Positions 24,126 to 36,926 of a stretch of DNA of 64,000 nt are shown one piece after another. A program made the translations under genes and the position numbers. Position 1 is the stretch's first letter, and every line of letters starts with the position of its first letter. Source of the stretch: Selaginella moellendorffii (taxonomy: Eukaryota; Plantae; Lycopodiophyta); assembly GCF_000143415.4 (NCBI RefSeq), contig NW_003314373.1, forward strand, positions 124,001 to 188,000, written 5' to 3'. Under the pieces are notes generated by a model. That model searched no databases. It worked only from the letters and a program-made list of their open reading frames with translations, and was not told the origin of the DNA.

Positions 24126-25950
24126 TTATCTCATCTCATCTAACAACGTCGCCTGCGCAATCACCTGGTTGATCACGCCATCCACAATCTCTCGTCTCAG
24201 CTCTCCAAAGAACGCCGCAACTTCCTCATGCAGCAGCTGGAGTGACTCGTCACCACATCCGGCAGCCCGGTAAAGAACGCCCATCTTCGACAGCGTCTCG
24301 AAGTTCCTGGGAGCAGTCTCGTGCAGGATTCTCAAGTAGTCGCCCGCGCTCGGAAGCTCCGGATGCTTGAGCACGCAGACCGCAGAGTAACGCTCCACCT
24401 GTGCCGCACGGATGCAATCCTTCTCCTCGTCGCTGAAACCCCTCGCAGTCATCCTATTCTCCAAGTCCAAAACTTCGTCGAGGGTCTTCTCCGCGTCACC
24501 TCGACGACGATCTTAGAACTTAAAGCTGGCGAGAAGATCCTTGTTCGTCCTCTCCAAGATGCACCGCTTGCAAGAGCACCCAAAGTCGAGGCGCTTGCAC
24601 TTCACCTCCCGCGCCGGCAACGGAGCCAAGAGCAGTGGTTCCATGCTCCTAGTCGCCTCGAGATAAGAGAGCAGAACCTCGTCTCCGGCACTCATGTTCC
24701 TGGCAGCCCGGATGAACATCACGCGTCCGAAGCACACCTTGGAGGCATTGGGAGTGCACGAGTGATTGAAAAAGCCGCTCGAGGCCCAGACTCCGGCGAT
24801 CCAGGCATCTCCGGCCTGGGTGGTGAAGCCGCACCGGTGGCCAACTCGTCTCACTCGCTCGATATCCCGGCGGTACCACAACTCTTCCAATGTTGCACTT
24901 GAAGCGATCCAATCGTCATCGTGCTCGCGTCCGCCATCGGTACCGTGGCCTGCTGGAAGTGCCGCAAGATCGTAACAGCTCCACGTACAAATCCCTGTCC
25001 GCGTTCTCGATCCTCGGAGTCTTCCGTACGCAGTCGGGTTGCAAACGATGAGCAGCTCCCCCCGCCTCACGTCCCGAGTGAGATACACACCTTCTCCTCG
25101 ACCGTCCGGAGTCATCCTCAGCTCCAGAGGTCCGAAGTAGTCACTACACTCAGGTTCCACCTTCCGGCCCAGCACGAAGTTCGTGATATCGTACTCACCG
25201 TCCCGGCTCTCCCGCAAGTAAGTCCTGGATCTCTCCAAGTCGATCGAGACGTCAGGCGGAGCGTCCGGCAGCGCCACAGACGACTGGAAGCATGGAAGTG
25301 CGAGCTCGTGCTCCTGGAGCGCGGTCAGGCTCTTGCCTTTGCACCACAGGCTCCGTGCATGGTGGCTATCGGACGCCCCCGGGATCTTGGTGGCGGTCTC
25401 GGCGTCCACAAAGGGCTCCTCGTACCGTCGCAGCCGGAGCTTCGCCTCGGCTCTCCTGGACAGGACTTGCTTCTCCAAGACACCGTAATGTCCAGCAGCT
25501 CGGTGTAGTACAGCTCGGCCAGCACGTAGCTTCCTCGACTGAGCAACGCGTTGGCTTCCTTGAGGAGCCTCCCGAGCGGCTTGGCGCTGGCGGCTCTCGC
25601 GAATCCCAGGAACTCCACGGACGCGGGGCTGGAGCAGACGAAAAGCACAGCGGCTCTTTGATGGCAACTCTGGCATTTGGCGGAAACAAGAGCTCGCCAT
25701 CTTCCTGCCTCGAGGTGGAGGCGACGGCATTGAAGACGTGCAGCAGCGCACAGCCGCGGTTCCTCCTCCGACTCCACGAGGCACAGCACCGCATTGGCGG
25801 CCGGGAGAGCTGCGGAGGTGCATATGTTAGCATACACTACGCGACCGTGATAGCAAACGTCGCGGCTGAGGCAGGCGTATGTTCCCAGGACACTTAAGTT
25901 CTCGCGAAGTATGATCACCGGAACGTGGATGGATTCCCGACGAACATGGC
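24126..25950 (-). pseudogene. TPR + SET (SMYD-like) lysine methyltransferase, frameshifted
   Basis: N-terminal HGRVVYANI...VFNA...LFPPNARVAIKEP; TPR LLKEANALLSRGSYVLAELYYT and VLSRRAEAKLRL; SET GRGEGVYLTRDVRRGELL...FNHSCTPN...RAARNMSAGDEVLLSY; post-SET FGCSCKRC. Pieces lie in three frames with no intron signals seen at the junctions. Confidence 0.8.
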
Positions 25951-28116
25951 GTACGGAGGTGCCGGTAGCTACGCGCTCGCGGAGGACGATTGCCTGACAA
26001 AAATGTCTGCGCCCCCTGCTCTTGACTTTGGCAAGCTTGTCACCAACGAAGCGTCCCCATTTGGGACGCAACCTCCAGAGACCATGCTCTCAAACAAGGA
26101 AAGCGTGTTTCTGGAAGAACAAAGTATCAGTCCGTAACCAACGTAGGAGTAGACTCACGATTGCAAGGAGCTATGTTGGTCACTGTTCCTTTGATCGGCC
26201 CAGAGTTTCCACAAGCAAGCGAGACAATGATGCCTTTCTCCAGGGCCATCATTCTCCAGGGCATGGATGTCGACGAAATGCCTCATACCTGTTACAGTGT
26301 ACTAGCACTGAAGTGTTTGTTTTCGGATCATTTACGCAAGAGCTATACCTGTGCACTGTGTAAGAGTGTGATCCAACAATCATGTCCATACCTGTCTCAA
26401 GGACTCCAATTGTCACGTCGCTGGAGGTCTCACCCTGAATTTTATGCTCAGACAAAGTTACTGCTTTCGACTCTGGGACCTGAAAAAAATCCCACGACCG
26501 AGTTGACGAGCTTTGTTGGGATGAACAGTGAGAACACTTCTGGCATTCCACCATCACTAGTGCTTCTCGGCAATTCGCACGGCATTGAGAGCTACTTGTC
26601 TTTAATTGCTGCACACGAAGATGTCTAGCCTGAGAGAAAATGTGAGCATTTTTTTGGATAAGCAAAAGAGAGAACCCATTTTGGCCATTTTGAGAGAGAT
26701 CACGCCTTATCCTTCCCATAGCAACATCATCCATGCTTGACACTTGGCTTAAACAAGTGAAAACTCTAGTCAAATGGAGTATGGAAACCACTACCTTCAA
26801 TAGCCCCACCATCAACCACTGTAACCCCAGTTGTGCTCGACAGTATTTGTGTCACAGCTACTGTGCCACAAATGCACTAGATTCAAAACCACTTTGATAA
26901 ACTCAGATCTTCACTAATCTGGAAGAATCAAGCATTAAAAAAAGTGAAAAAGCTTGAAAAGAAGCACCTATGGCTATTTTGTGAGATTTCCTACACCACT
27001 TGGCTGCAAGCAAGAAGCAAAAGAGTAATTAGGAAATCTTGATGTCTAGAAGCCCTAGTGGAAGTCGCAGTGGAAATCTCATAAAATAAAATAAAATAAA
27101 ATAGTTAATATAAAATAAAATATTTAGAAGTATTAGATTACATAAACAAATAAACCTTCTGTATATGATGCTATTGCTGTGAGATTGCCAAAAGTTATTA
27201 GTTTTGTCAAATGTCTCGGTTGGGCATTTTAAACTTAAGTCCTGCAAAAGCGAGACAAGACAAATGAATGCCATGACAAATCAATGAGAAACAAAAAAAA
27301 CATACCTCAAATTCCGAACATTAATTATTGTTACATTGTATAAACCCACATCCATTGTGTTGAACTCCCACAAGGGGATTACAATACCATTACCTTTATT
27401 AACATTAATTATTTTTTTGTTTTAGATAATAAACATTAATTACATCTAAAGTGATTATCTATTAACAATTTCTAATTTTTATGTCTTTGAAGTAATGGGC
27501 AAAAACTTTTCAAAACAAAATGTGAATAAAGCCATGTCAAAATCTTTAAAAACAAAAATATAAAACAATTAAACAAGTTAAGTTGAGCAAGTATTTATCA
27601 TTAGTTTTCACAGTTTCTCACAATCGTCATCCAAAGTAGACACTTTCCAATAACGTTCTGTTGCACTTTAAGAAAGGCTTCTCGTAACATTTGATGAAGA
27701 TTGTTATGGAGCAGAACCATGCGATAAGGCTGTTGTATCAGTGGACCATCCATTTCCTACACATAACAAGAAAGTTTAAAGATTATCAAATTAATTGTAC
27801 TAATACAAATCCTCCAAAACAAATGATGTTTTTTAAATTTCTTCAAGTATGTACATGTTTTTGATATTTATATCAACAATTTCTCCAAATTTAAATTAGT
27901 TTATTATATAATTAGTAATTTATATTTAAAAATAATAGCACTATTTTATTTTCTTTCTTGCATCAAATAATCCTTTATCTGGTTTTTAACTTAAAAAATT
28001 TATACTCTAATTTATTTATTTTAAAATATTTACTTAATATTTAATTTATTTGTGCTTAGGAAATTGATTGATCTAGTGTGCTGTTGGCACTCTGATTGTC
28101 ATGCCCAATGCCAAGA

Positions 28117-28230
28117 TGTAGCGCACCTTATCTCTTTCCCTTTAAGCCAACTGAAAAAGGGGCAATTGCTTGATGAGAGAGCTCTTAGTGGCTATTTTAT
28201 CCCTATTTATCCCCCAAAGTTCTAAGATCA
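28117..28230 (-). repeat. LTR-end fragment of the same family as the 13680-14025 mini element
   Basis: TGTAGCGCACCTTATCTCT...GGCAATTGCTTGATGAGAGAG...TTAGTGGCTATTTTATCCC is the reverse complement of about 13915-14025. Confidence 0.85.
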
Positions 28231-28654
28231 GAGATTAGATCGCATGATCAGAGATCAGAGCTGGAAATCAAGAAGCACACAGACAGCAGCTGCACAAAAG
28301 AAAGCGACACACAGAGCTAGAAACAAAGGAAAGCTCAATACTTCACTGCATAAAAGAGGATTGGAGCTGGAAACAAAGAAAAGCTTGATACTTTGCAGCA
28401 CAGAAGAGGAGCGAAGCTGGAAACAAAGGAAAGCTCAATAGTTCACTGCACAGAAGAAAGCAAAGCAGGATCAAAGCTGGATCAGAGTTGGCAATGTTTC
28501 TTCTGCCACGGAAGGAGCTGCATTTCTTCAAAGGTATAAGAGGATGTATTATTGTTAATTGATAAGCACGTTAAGCTAAACGCTGGGTATCTTCAAAAAA
28601 GTTCTTACGTAACTTTGATTTTCTATCTCTTTAAATGTTTTTAGTTTAAAAATG

Positions 28655-28800
28655 CCTGCCACGTCACTTGGGTCAGCCATGCCAACGCACTCGATTGCTT
28701 TAATGACGTGGCAGGTTTCCTGGCTGGCAACTATCGGGCGAAGTGGCGCATCTTCCACGAGACGAGGGGGGAGGACACGCGCAGTACGTGTTATAAAATT
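28655..28800 (+). promoter_or_regulatory. Putative ProDH promoter with ACGT-core (G-box/ABRE-like) motifs and TATA box
   Basis: GCCACGTCA (~28658), TGACGTGGC (~28704) and TATAAAAT (~28792) upstream of ATG 28920. Confidence 0.5.
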
Positions 28801-28919
28801 TTCTCTTCTCTCCACTTCCCTGTTCTCGCGCTCTAGGTCAAATATTTTTGGTTGCATCGATCGATCGGTCGCTTCCTGGGCCCGTAATATCGATCGATCG
28901 CGTAACGCTAGGATCGCTT

Positions 28920-30730
28920 ATGGCAGCAAGGAGGATCGGCATTGGGAGTCTCCGCAAATTGCAGCGCCACCGATTCCCCATCGCCGCTGCCGCCGTCGTC
29001 GATCGCGCCGTGCTGCTGCCGGCGCAAGATCGTCGCGCCGAGGTATTTGACCGTCTTGGAAATCTCGCAAAGAATCGCCAGTCGCTGTGCTACCACTACT
29101 CCACCTCCGCTCGCATCGACGACGCCGACAGCTTCCATCCGGCGTTTGAGGATGACGCAAGTGGCGGCGGCACAGCGGTGACGCCGGATCTGGAAAGACC
29201 GAATGCGGAGCTTCTTTTCTCCCGCATGAGCTCGGGCGAGCTCCTCAAGACGCTGCTCAATCTCCAGGTGATGGCCTGTGGCCCGCTGGTGGACGTGGGG
29301 ATCAAGGTGCTCAAGTCGCCCGTGGCGAATCACAGGTTTCTCAAGAAGCCCATCGAGTGGTGCGTCAAGAGGACGATCTACTCCCACTTTTGCGCCGGGG
29401 AGAACGCGGCGGAGGCCTCCAGGACGCTCCAGAAGCTGTGGGAGCTGCGACTCCGGGGAGTTCTTGATTCGGGCCTTGAGGATGCGGCAGACAACGCCTC
29501 CTGCGACGAAAATCTCCAGCAATTGCTCGCTACTATCCGGGAAACCATTGCTCTGCCACACGGATCGGTACGTTTGAATTCTTCTTCCTCTCCTAAGTTT
29601 GTTTTTTCAAGAGCGAGTGAGCGAGGGAGAGGTCTTTCAAAGTATTTGCCACTTTGTTTTCTCCTGTCATTGATGGCAGTATCTTATTTCTTTGGCCTTT
29701 TCGTTGCAGGTCAGCTATGCCTGTGTCAAGATCACAGCTATCGCCCCACTGTCACTGCTCGAAAAGATGAGCTTGCTCCTGAGATGGCAGCACAGAAACC
29801 CAGAGGTGGAGCTTCCGTGGAAGCAGCAGGATGGATTGCCACTGTTCGCACCGGAGAGCCCGACTTACCACGCTCAGACTGAGCCCGAGCCACTGACCCG
29901 AGAAGAAGAGTCCAACTTGGTTCTAGCTCTCGAAAGACTGTCCAAGCTTTGCGAGTGCTGCGAGCTCCAAGGCCTTCCACTGCTGGTGGATGCCGAGTAC
30001 ACGTCCGTCCAGCCGGCCATCGATTACATCACCTACACCGCGGCTGTCAAGTTCAACCGAGGGAGTCAGCCGCTCGTCCACGGCACCATCCAAGCTTATC
30101 TCAAGGACTCGCTGTCGAGATTGGAGATGGTGGTCCACGAGACAACGAAACGAGGGATTCCTTTCGGCGTGAAGCTGGTGCGTGGAGCATATCTCTCTCG
30201 AGAGACGGCTCTCGCGAAGGTGCTCGGTGTCCCATCGCCGATCCACGCGAGCATCCAGGACACTCACCGCTGCTACGACCGCTGTGCTGCTTTCATGCTG
30301 GAGCAGGCTTCCCGGGGCCATGGATCCATCGTGCTCGCCACTCACAACTTCGAGTCAGGTACCAGCTCGCTCTTCCAACTTTCCAGGAGATTTTTTTTCT
30401 TTTGGATCATAGAACTAAGACTTGGATCTTGTGATCTTCCTTTCAGGCAAAGCTGCGGCGCACAAATCCGAGGAGCTTGGCATGAGACGAGGGGATTTGA
30501 GGGTCCACTTTGCGCAGCTCAAGGGAATGGCGGATGGGCTCTCGCTCTCGCTCGTCCAGGCCGGCTTCCAAGTGAGCAAGTACTTGCCGTTTGGGCCTGT
30601 GCCTCGAGTGATCCAGTACCTCATTCGAAGAGCCGAGGAGAACAGAGGATTGCTGGGAAATTCTCGAGACGACCGGCGTTGGATCAGCAAAGAACTGGCC
30701 GCGCGCTGGTTTGGATTGCCCAGAAACTAA
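28920..30730 (+). CDS. ProDH: Proline dehydrogenase (mitochondrial), 3 exons: 28920-29567, 29710-30358, 30447-30730
   Basis: YSHFCAGEN, CVKITAI, LLVDAEYTSVQPAID, GTIQAYLKD, GVKLVRGAY, LATHN, FAQLKGMAD, SKYLPFGPV, YLIRRAEEN; GT-AG introns join the frames. Confidence 0.96.
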
Positions 30731-30827
30731 AAAGAAATCTCTTTTTCATCGCATTTTAGGGTTCTTGGGCTTGTTTTAGGGTACCTCTTTTAGGGTTGTT
30801 GGGCATTCTCTTTTAGGGTTTTTGGCG

Positions 30828-32302
30828 ATGGCGCTCAAGTTTCTCAACAAGAAGGGATGGCACACGGGGAGCCTGCGAAACATCGAGACGGTGTGGAAGG
30901 CCGAGCAGAAGCGCGACGTGGAGAATCGCAAGCTTGAGGAGCTCCAGAAGCAGATCAAGGAGGAGCAGGAGCATTTGGAGTTTCGCAAGCTCCAGGAGCA
31001 AGCGGGGCTGGTGCCGTAAGTATTGTAGCTAGATTTTCTTCGCGAGCGAGCGATTGAGTGATGCGAGAGCTTTGCTTGGTTCTTCCAGGAAGCAGGAGCG
31101 CTTGGATTTTCTATACGAATCCGGGCTGGGCGTTGGCAAGCCGTCGAATGAGGAGTATTTGCTTGGAAAGCCTCTGGAGGAATCGAAAGGGGAGAGCGTG
31201 ATCCAGCAGGTGGCCGCCACGCCGGGATCGCTGTTCGTGGAGGAGAAGATCTCGGCTAATGACCAGTGGAGGAAAATTCGATCGGATCCTTTGCTCTTGA
31301 TCAAGCAGCAAGAGCTGGCGGCTCGGGAGCGGATCAAGAACAATCCCTTGAAGATGGAAGCCTTGCGAAAAGAGGTACACACTTGGATTGCTTCCTTTGT
31401 TTCGTTTCTTCTTTGTTAGAATTGCCTGTCAACTCTTCCTAACTCGAAGATGTTTTGATTGTTTTTTTCAGGTAGAGACTAAGATCAAAGCGAAAGAGGA
31501 AAAGAAAGAGGAGAAGAAGCGATTGAAAGCACAGATCAAAGCCGAGGAGAAGCAGAAGAGGAAAGCGTTGAAGAAGATGATGAAGAACAACGATGGTCGC
31601 GATCGCGAGCCAGAAACAGAGATGGTCGACGGAGAAGACAGCCATAGCCATGCCAGGGAGAATGGCGAGGACAGGCATAGAAGCAGCAGAGCTTCCGAGG
31701 ACGATGACAGGTATACTAGAAGAAAAAGATCTGCCAGAGACGACGACGACGAAAACAGGCACAGAAGCAAAAGAATCACTTCTTCGCAGGATGATCGACG
31801 AGATCCAAGCTCTTCGGAAAATGGTCGGCAAGATCCAAGGAGAGCTTTCGAGAGGGACGAACAAGAGAGGTATAGAAGCAAGCCAAGTACCGAGAACGAT
31901 ACGAGAAGCCGGAGGGAGAGACATGACAGTCCAGACATGGATGATAGGCAGCGCAGGCACGAAGACAGGCACAGGGAAAGCCGAGCTTTTGGAAAGCCAC
32001 CGCTGCCGAGGAAGAAAGTGGAGCTGAGCGAGGAAGAGAAGATGGCGAGGCTGCGAGAGATGCAGCAGGACGCGGAGCTTCACGAGGAGCAGCGATGGCA
32101 GCGGATCAAAAAGGCGTCGGCGAGCGACGCGATCCAGGCGGAGAAGGACTCGATCAAGTCGTCGAGAAACTTTCTGGACGAGGCGAACAGGAGTGTGTAT
32201 GGTGCCGAGGGCGGAGGAAACGCCTCGGTCGCGGATACTTTGCACCGGCGGTCGCATTACCGCGAGAAGTTCACGGACAAGAACGCGTTTCGAAGATCGT
32301 GA
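30828..32302 (+). CDS. CWC25: Pre-mRNA splicing factor CWC25 homolog (Cir_N domain), 3 exons
   Basis: MALKFLNKKGWHTGSLRNIETVWKAEQK, ERLDFLYESG, DQWRKIRSDPLLLIKQQE, KMARLREMQQDAELHEEQRW. Confidence 0.93.
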
Positions 32303-32497
32303 GAGAAAGTTCTTCTCGATCGATTGGAAGAAAGTTGGCAAGAACCAGATCGTGAAAGAGTTCTCGTTCTCGAGCGTGTCGTAAACTATCGATCGATTGG
32401 AAGAAAGTTGACAAGAAAGAGCATGAGGGTTGGTTTTGCCTATTTGGTCTAGATGTATGTTTTAAACATTGAAAGCTTAAATGGCTTTAACACCATC

Positions 32498-32571
32498 GGT
32501 TTCATGGTGTAGTTGGTCATCACGTCAGTCTAACACACTGAAGGTCTCCAGTTCGAACCTGGATGAAGCCA
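32498..32571 (+). tRNA. trnV-AAC: tRNA-Val (AAC)
   Basis: GGTTTCATGGTGTAGTTGGTCATCACGTCAGTCTAACACACTGAAGGTCTCCAGTTCGAACCTGGATGAAGCCA folds into a cloverleaf; anticodon AAC at 32532-32534; T-runs downstream. Confidence 0.96.
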
Positions 32572-32839
32572 AGCTTTCTCCTTTTTCTCAACCCTAATTT
32601 TCAGAAAAGAGAATATACTTTTTGTCTTGTTTTTCCTAAGCCCTACTTTTTAAACAAGATTATACTTTTTCTCAACCCCGGTCAAGTCTTTGTTGACTAG
32701 GTCGTCACGCAAGACGCGGAAGCAAATGGCCAATCGAATGAGGACAATTTTCTCGTCTTCATCCTCTGGAATCTTTTGATCAAATCCACCCCATCCCTTC
32801 GATTTCTCTGACGCCAGGTAACTTGATCGCCGCGATCCC

Positions 32840-33340
32840 ATGGATATCTTCACTTACGCTGGCAAGGTGAGGCTCCGCAGCGCCGCCCATCACGCCAAAT
32901 ACCTGGCCGCCGACTCCTCCAGCAATGGCGCCGTCTTCCAGGCCCGGGGTTCCAACAAGCACGACGATCCCTCCACAGTCTGGGAGGTGAAGAGGTTCCG
33001 CGACAGCCAGGCCACCCAAATCCGGCTGAGGAGCAGCTATGGCGGCTACTTGACGGGCTCGCACCACAACTTCCTCCTGGGATGGACGGGCAAGAAGGTT
33101 GTGCAGACCAATCCCACCAAGGCCGACGATCTGTGCGAGTGGGAGCCCATCCAGGATCTGGCAAAGCACGGAACGCTGATCAAGCTGAGAACACGGTACG
33201 GAACTTATCTTCGTGCCAACGGTGGAGCTCCGCCGTGGAGGAACACCATCACCCACGACTTTGATCGCGACGACGATGAGAATTTTCTGTGGGAGGTGGA
33301 GATCGTCCAGGAGAGGGACTACTCGGATATCCAGTTCTAG
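32840..33340 (+). CDS. DUF569 / actin cross-linking (fascin-like) domain protein, single exon
   Basis: VRLRSAAHHAKYLAAD, IRLRSSYGGYL, EWEPI, LRTRYGTYLRANGGAPPWRNTITHD. Confidence 0.9.
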   Translation: MDIFTYAGKVRLRSAAHHAKYLAADSSSNGAVFQARGSNKHDDPSTVWEVKRFRDSQATQIRLRSSYGGYLTGSHHNFLLGWTGKKVVQTNPTKADDLCEWEPIQDLAKHGTLIKLRTRYGTYLRANGGAPPWRNTITHDFDRDDDENFLWEVEIVQERDYSDIQF

Positions 33341-33485
33341 AGAAATGGAGAGAACCAACCTTTTAAAAAGAATAGAAGATCGATCATACGAGCGTGGAAC
33401 GTAAGAAGAAGAAACCATTCTAAAGGAGATCCAGTTCTAGAAAATGACAGAGGGAACCAGTCTTTTAAGAAGAATAGAAGATCGC
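33330..33485 (+). repeat. Short direct duplication in the DUF569/VIN3-like convergent 3' region
   Basis: TCCAGTTCTAGA...CTTTTAA(A/G)AAGAATAGAAGATCG occurs twice. Confidence 0.7.
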
Positions 33486-33541
33486 GAAGTAACAAAAAAA
33501 ATTCGTTTTTTCTTGGAAGAGAAACAAGAGACAAGAAGAGC

Positions 33542-36500
33542 TCAAGAACTAGCTTCTTCAGCTCTCAATCGTTGCGTCGCCACGATCTCGCCGAATGTAT
33601 CGACGAGCTGATGAGCCAGGCCGTGAGGGTCCGTAAGCAGCGTTCTCACGTACACGAAGATCATCTTCTTCTCCTCCACGCTGGCGCGGAAGCCCAGCCA
33701 TGTCAAGAGCTTGAGCCGGAAGTCCGGCTGGAGATGGCCCTGGCGCTCCAGCCACACTATCACCTTGATGCTAAACTCGAGGCTCTTGTCAAGGTAGTCC
33801 TCGCTCCAGAAGTCACCACTGGTATCAACGTCGTTTTGAGGCTCCCCAAGCGAGAGATGATCGTCGATGATCTTCTTTCTCTTCTTCTCGGCTTGCCGCG
33901 GTCGATCCTGCTGCGCTTGAGTCTCGGGGATCACCTTTGCAAGCCTTTGTGGAGGAACGATCGTCTTCTTGCTCTTTTGCCGTATGAGCTTGTTCACGTT
34001 TTCATGTTGTACCACTCCATTTCGATGTTGCTCTCGATTCCTCTGGCTCCTGTCGCTGGGAAGGTCCTGGCTCTTGATCACTCCGCTTTGATGCTGCTCC
34101 CGGATCTGGTTCTTCTCTTGCTCGATCGCCTCATCCAAGTTTTGCTTTTGCTGCTGGATCGCATCGTTTTTCTCGATGGCTTTTTCTACCACCGGAGTAG
34201 GCTGCTGCTCCACGGTGTTTTTCTCGGGCACTTTATTCCCGACAAGATGGTTTTGCTGCTCGATCGCTTCGTTTTGCTCGATGACCACCAGAGCCACGTT
34301 GTTTTTCTCGGGCACTTCATCCCCGAAAAGATGGTTTTGCGGCTGGATCGCTTCACTTTGCTCGATGGTTTTTTCCGGAGTAGGCTGCTGCTCCACGTTG
34401 TTTTTCTCGGGCACTTTATCCCCAAAAAGATGGTTTTGCGGCTGGATCGCTTCACTTTGCTCGATGGCTCTTTCCGGAGTAGGCTGCTGCTCCACGTTGT
34501 TTTTCTCGGGCACTTTATCCCCGAAAAGATGGTTTATCGCTTCGTTTTCTAACACCGGAGTAGGCTGCTCCTCCACGTTGTTTAACTCGAGCACTGTATC
34601 CCCGATTTGCGGCTGGATCGTCTTCATTTGCTCGATGACCTTTTCTGCGACCACTTTATCCGCGACAAGATGGTTTTGTAGTTGTATTGTGCTTTCCACT
34701 TCATCCTTTTGCTGAGTATGTTTCTCGATCACGTCATCCACTTCAGCATGGTCAGCATGGTCATGCTCCTGGATCGTCTTCTTTTGATCGTCAACGTTTT
34801 CTGCCACCATAGTATCTTGTTGCTCCATCACCAACTTATGGCTTTTACTTATCGTCGGAGCATCCATCTCCTTCTGGCTCACTTCATCCACGACATCGTC
34901 ATGGCCTTGCTGCTGGATCGTCTCCTTTTCCTCGTTAGCGCATCCCACAACCGGAGAATCCATGCTGCTCTTCTCGAGTTTCTCGATCACTATCCGTTGT
35001 TTCGGGGTTTGCAGCGGAAGACTTTCTTTCTCGTGTACCCGAGACTTGTTTAGATCAATCCTCTCTCGATCCTCCACGTCCTTGAGCACCTCATCCATGT
35101 CCTCGGAACAATACAGCCTCTTTGCAACCGACTTCGAGCCTTGAGAATCATTTTTCTTCTGAGAGGACGGCACCGTCTCTGATATAACGTGCTTCTCTTC
35201 CTCAACGGTGGTTGCATTCGCTTCTTCCACGGGTACAGAGAATAGCTCCCCACTTGCCGGGCTGTGTAACTGTGAACCTAGTGCGTTCCTCATCGTCGTG
35301 GCAGTACCATCACCATGAAAAAACTTGCCAACCTCACGTATCCGGAAACTTAGATCACCCTTTCCGCCATCTAGCAACTTGTGAAATGGCTCAAGATCAT
35401 GATCCAGTCTAGGAGTGGAAAACCGAGCCTCAATCCGACCAAACTCACCGGACCCTGTCAATGGAACAAGCCTTAGCTCGTAGTCTACTCCGGGGTATAA
35501 GCCAGTTACCACAGCCTTCGTCACTTCCCCACCTGGTACGCTACAAACTGGACCCTCTGGGAAGTTACTTGCACCAGCTGCCCGACACCATACGCTGTGA
35601 CCGATCACTTCATCTCCCAGTGTATTCTCAGTGCCACTCCATGAAACCACTGCCGACTCGGGCGTTACTTGCTCGATGTGAGTTTTATAGATGCGCTCCA
35701 GTGCTCCCCCTGTGTAGCCAGCTAAAACTAAATACGAGAGCAAAAACAAAAAAAGAAAGGTCTCACCTTTCGTCACGAAAATCCTTTGCGTCTCTTGCTC
35801 TACGGGCCAAGACGAGGCCTTCTTAATGGCATTCTCGATCTGGTTCTGGACGTGTACGCCGCAGGATAGTCTCGTCACTAAACCCCGAGTGCGCATTGCA
35901 GCAGCCAGACCACCGGGGCCTAGTTCTTTTTCCAAGGCTCTTACCGCATCGGCAACCATGTCGTGAAGGTTTTTATATCGCAGAGTGCCATCCAAGAGAC
36001 GAAAAGCCAACGAGAGTCGAGTTGTAAAAACGTCGATTCGTCGTGCATTCTTGGCGACAGAGAGTAGCCTTCTCCAGCATCTGGAAACAAAAAACAAAAA
36101 AAAAGATAAAGAACGATTGAAAAATATATATTCGTTCAGCTTACCCAAGCAAGCAACTGATGAAGCCACAATTCACGCAAGAAAAGCTTCCGTCCAGCTG
36201 AATCGTGTTTCCCCGCTTCACGACTCCAGCAGCTCGCAGCTTGAGGCCGCACTCCAAGTGGCAGGAAGCACCACAGCTTCTGTATTTCTCTCCACCGCAT
36301 TCTATCCACAGGCATGGATCCTTGTTGTCGTCGAAACGCTTGCAAATGCAACAAGAACAGCGCCTGCAAAACTCCTCCTTGCCACTCAGCTTTGCTCGGC
36401 ATGCAGCGTTCCCGCAAAGACGATCCTGGAAGCCACCTTGGTCAAGAGCTGGCAAACGACGAACTTTCTCGCCTTTCCTGGATCGCTTTCTCAGAGTCTG

Positions 36501-36926
36501 AAAGACTGGAGTCTCTGTCGCTCGGGTTGGACGTGGTAAGTCTTCTACTGCTGGTCCCGGCCTTGATTTTTCTTTAACTCGCTCTTTACGTGAAACCGGA
36601 CACTTCTCCTTCGGCCCTGTTTCAATCCGCAGCAGTCGCTGAATCAGCCTCGGCCTGGAATAATTTGCGTATTTGTTGATCCCTCCGATCCGATAGTTCA
36701 AGTACTGCTGGAGCTGGCTCCTGGACCAATTCTCGAAACTGGCATGGCCTTTCGGGACCACTGGACAGTTCCCGTGGTGAGCAACATCCGCGAGAATTTT
36801 TAAAGCTGGATCGAGAAAAAAGAAAGAATAAAGGAGCTGTTAGACAAAACCAAAGCTGCTGTTCTACTCACTAGACTGTGCTGCAGGAAACACTTCCACG
36901 TTTCCCTCCGCGGACGCTCTTGCCAT
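33542..36926 (-). CDS. VIL: VIN3-like (VEL family) PHD finger-FNIII-VEL protein
   Basis: PHD LCGNAACRA...FCRRCSCCICKRFDDNKDPCLWIEC...SCHLEC; AKNARRIDV...RGLVTRLSCG; FNIII VTGLYPGVDY; C-terminal SIKVIVWLERQGHLQPDFRLKLLTW...LAHQLVDTF. Start codon 36926 inferred. Confidence 0.93.

Noticed and set aside
26161-26815. ORFs 26161-26628 and 26249-26815
   Set aside because: No recognisable family; possibly decayed gene fragments, but unsupported.
31439-35053. Long antisense ORFs over CWC25 and the VIN3-like gene
   Set aside because: Shadows of GC-rich or repetitive real coding sequence.
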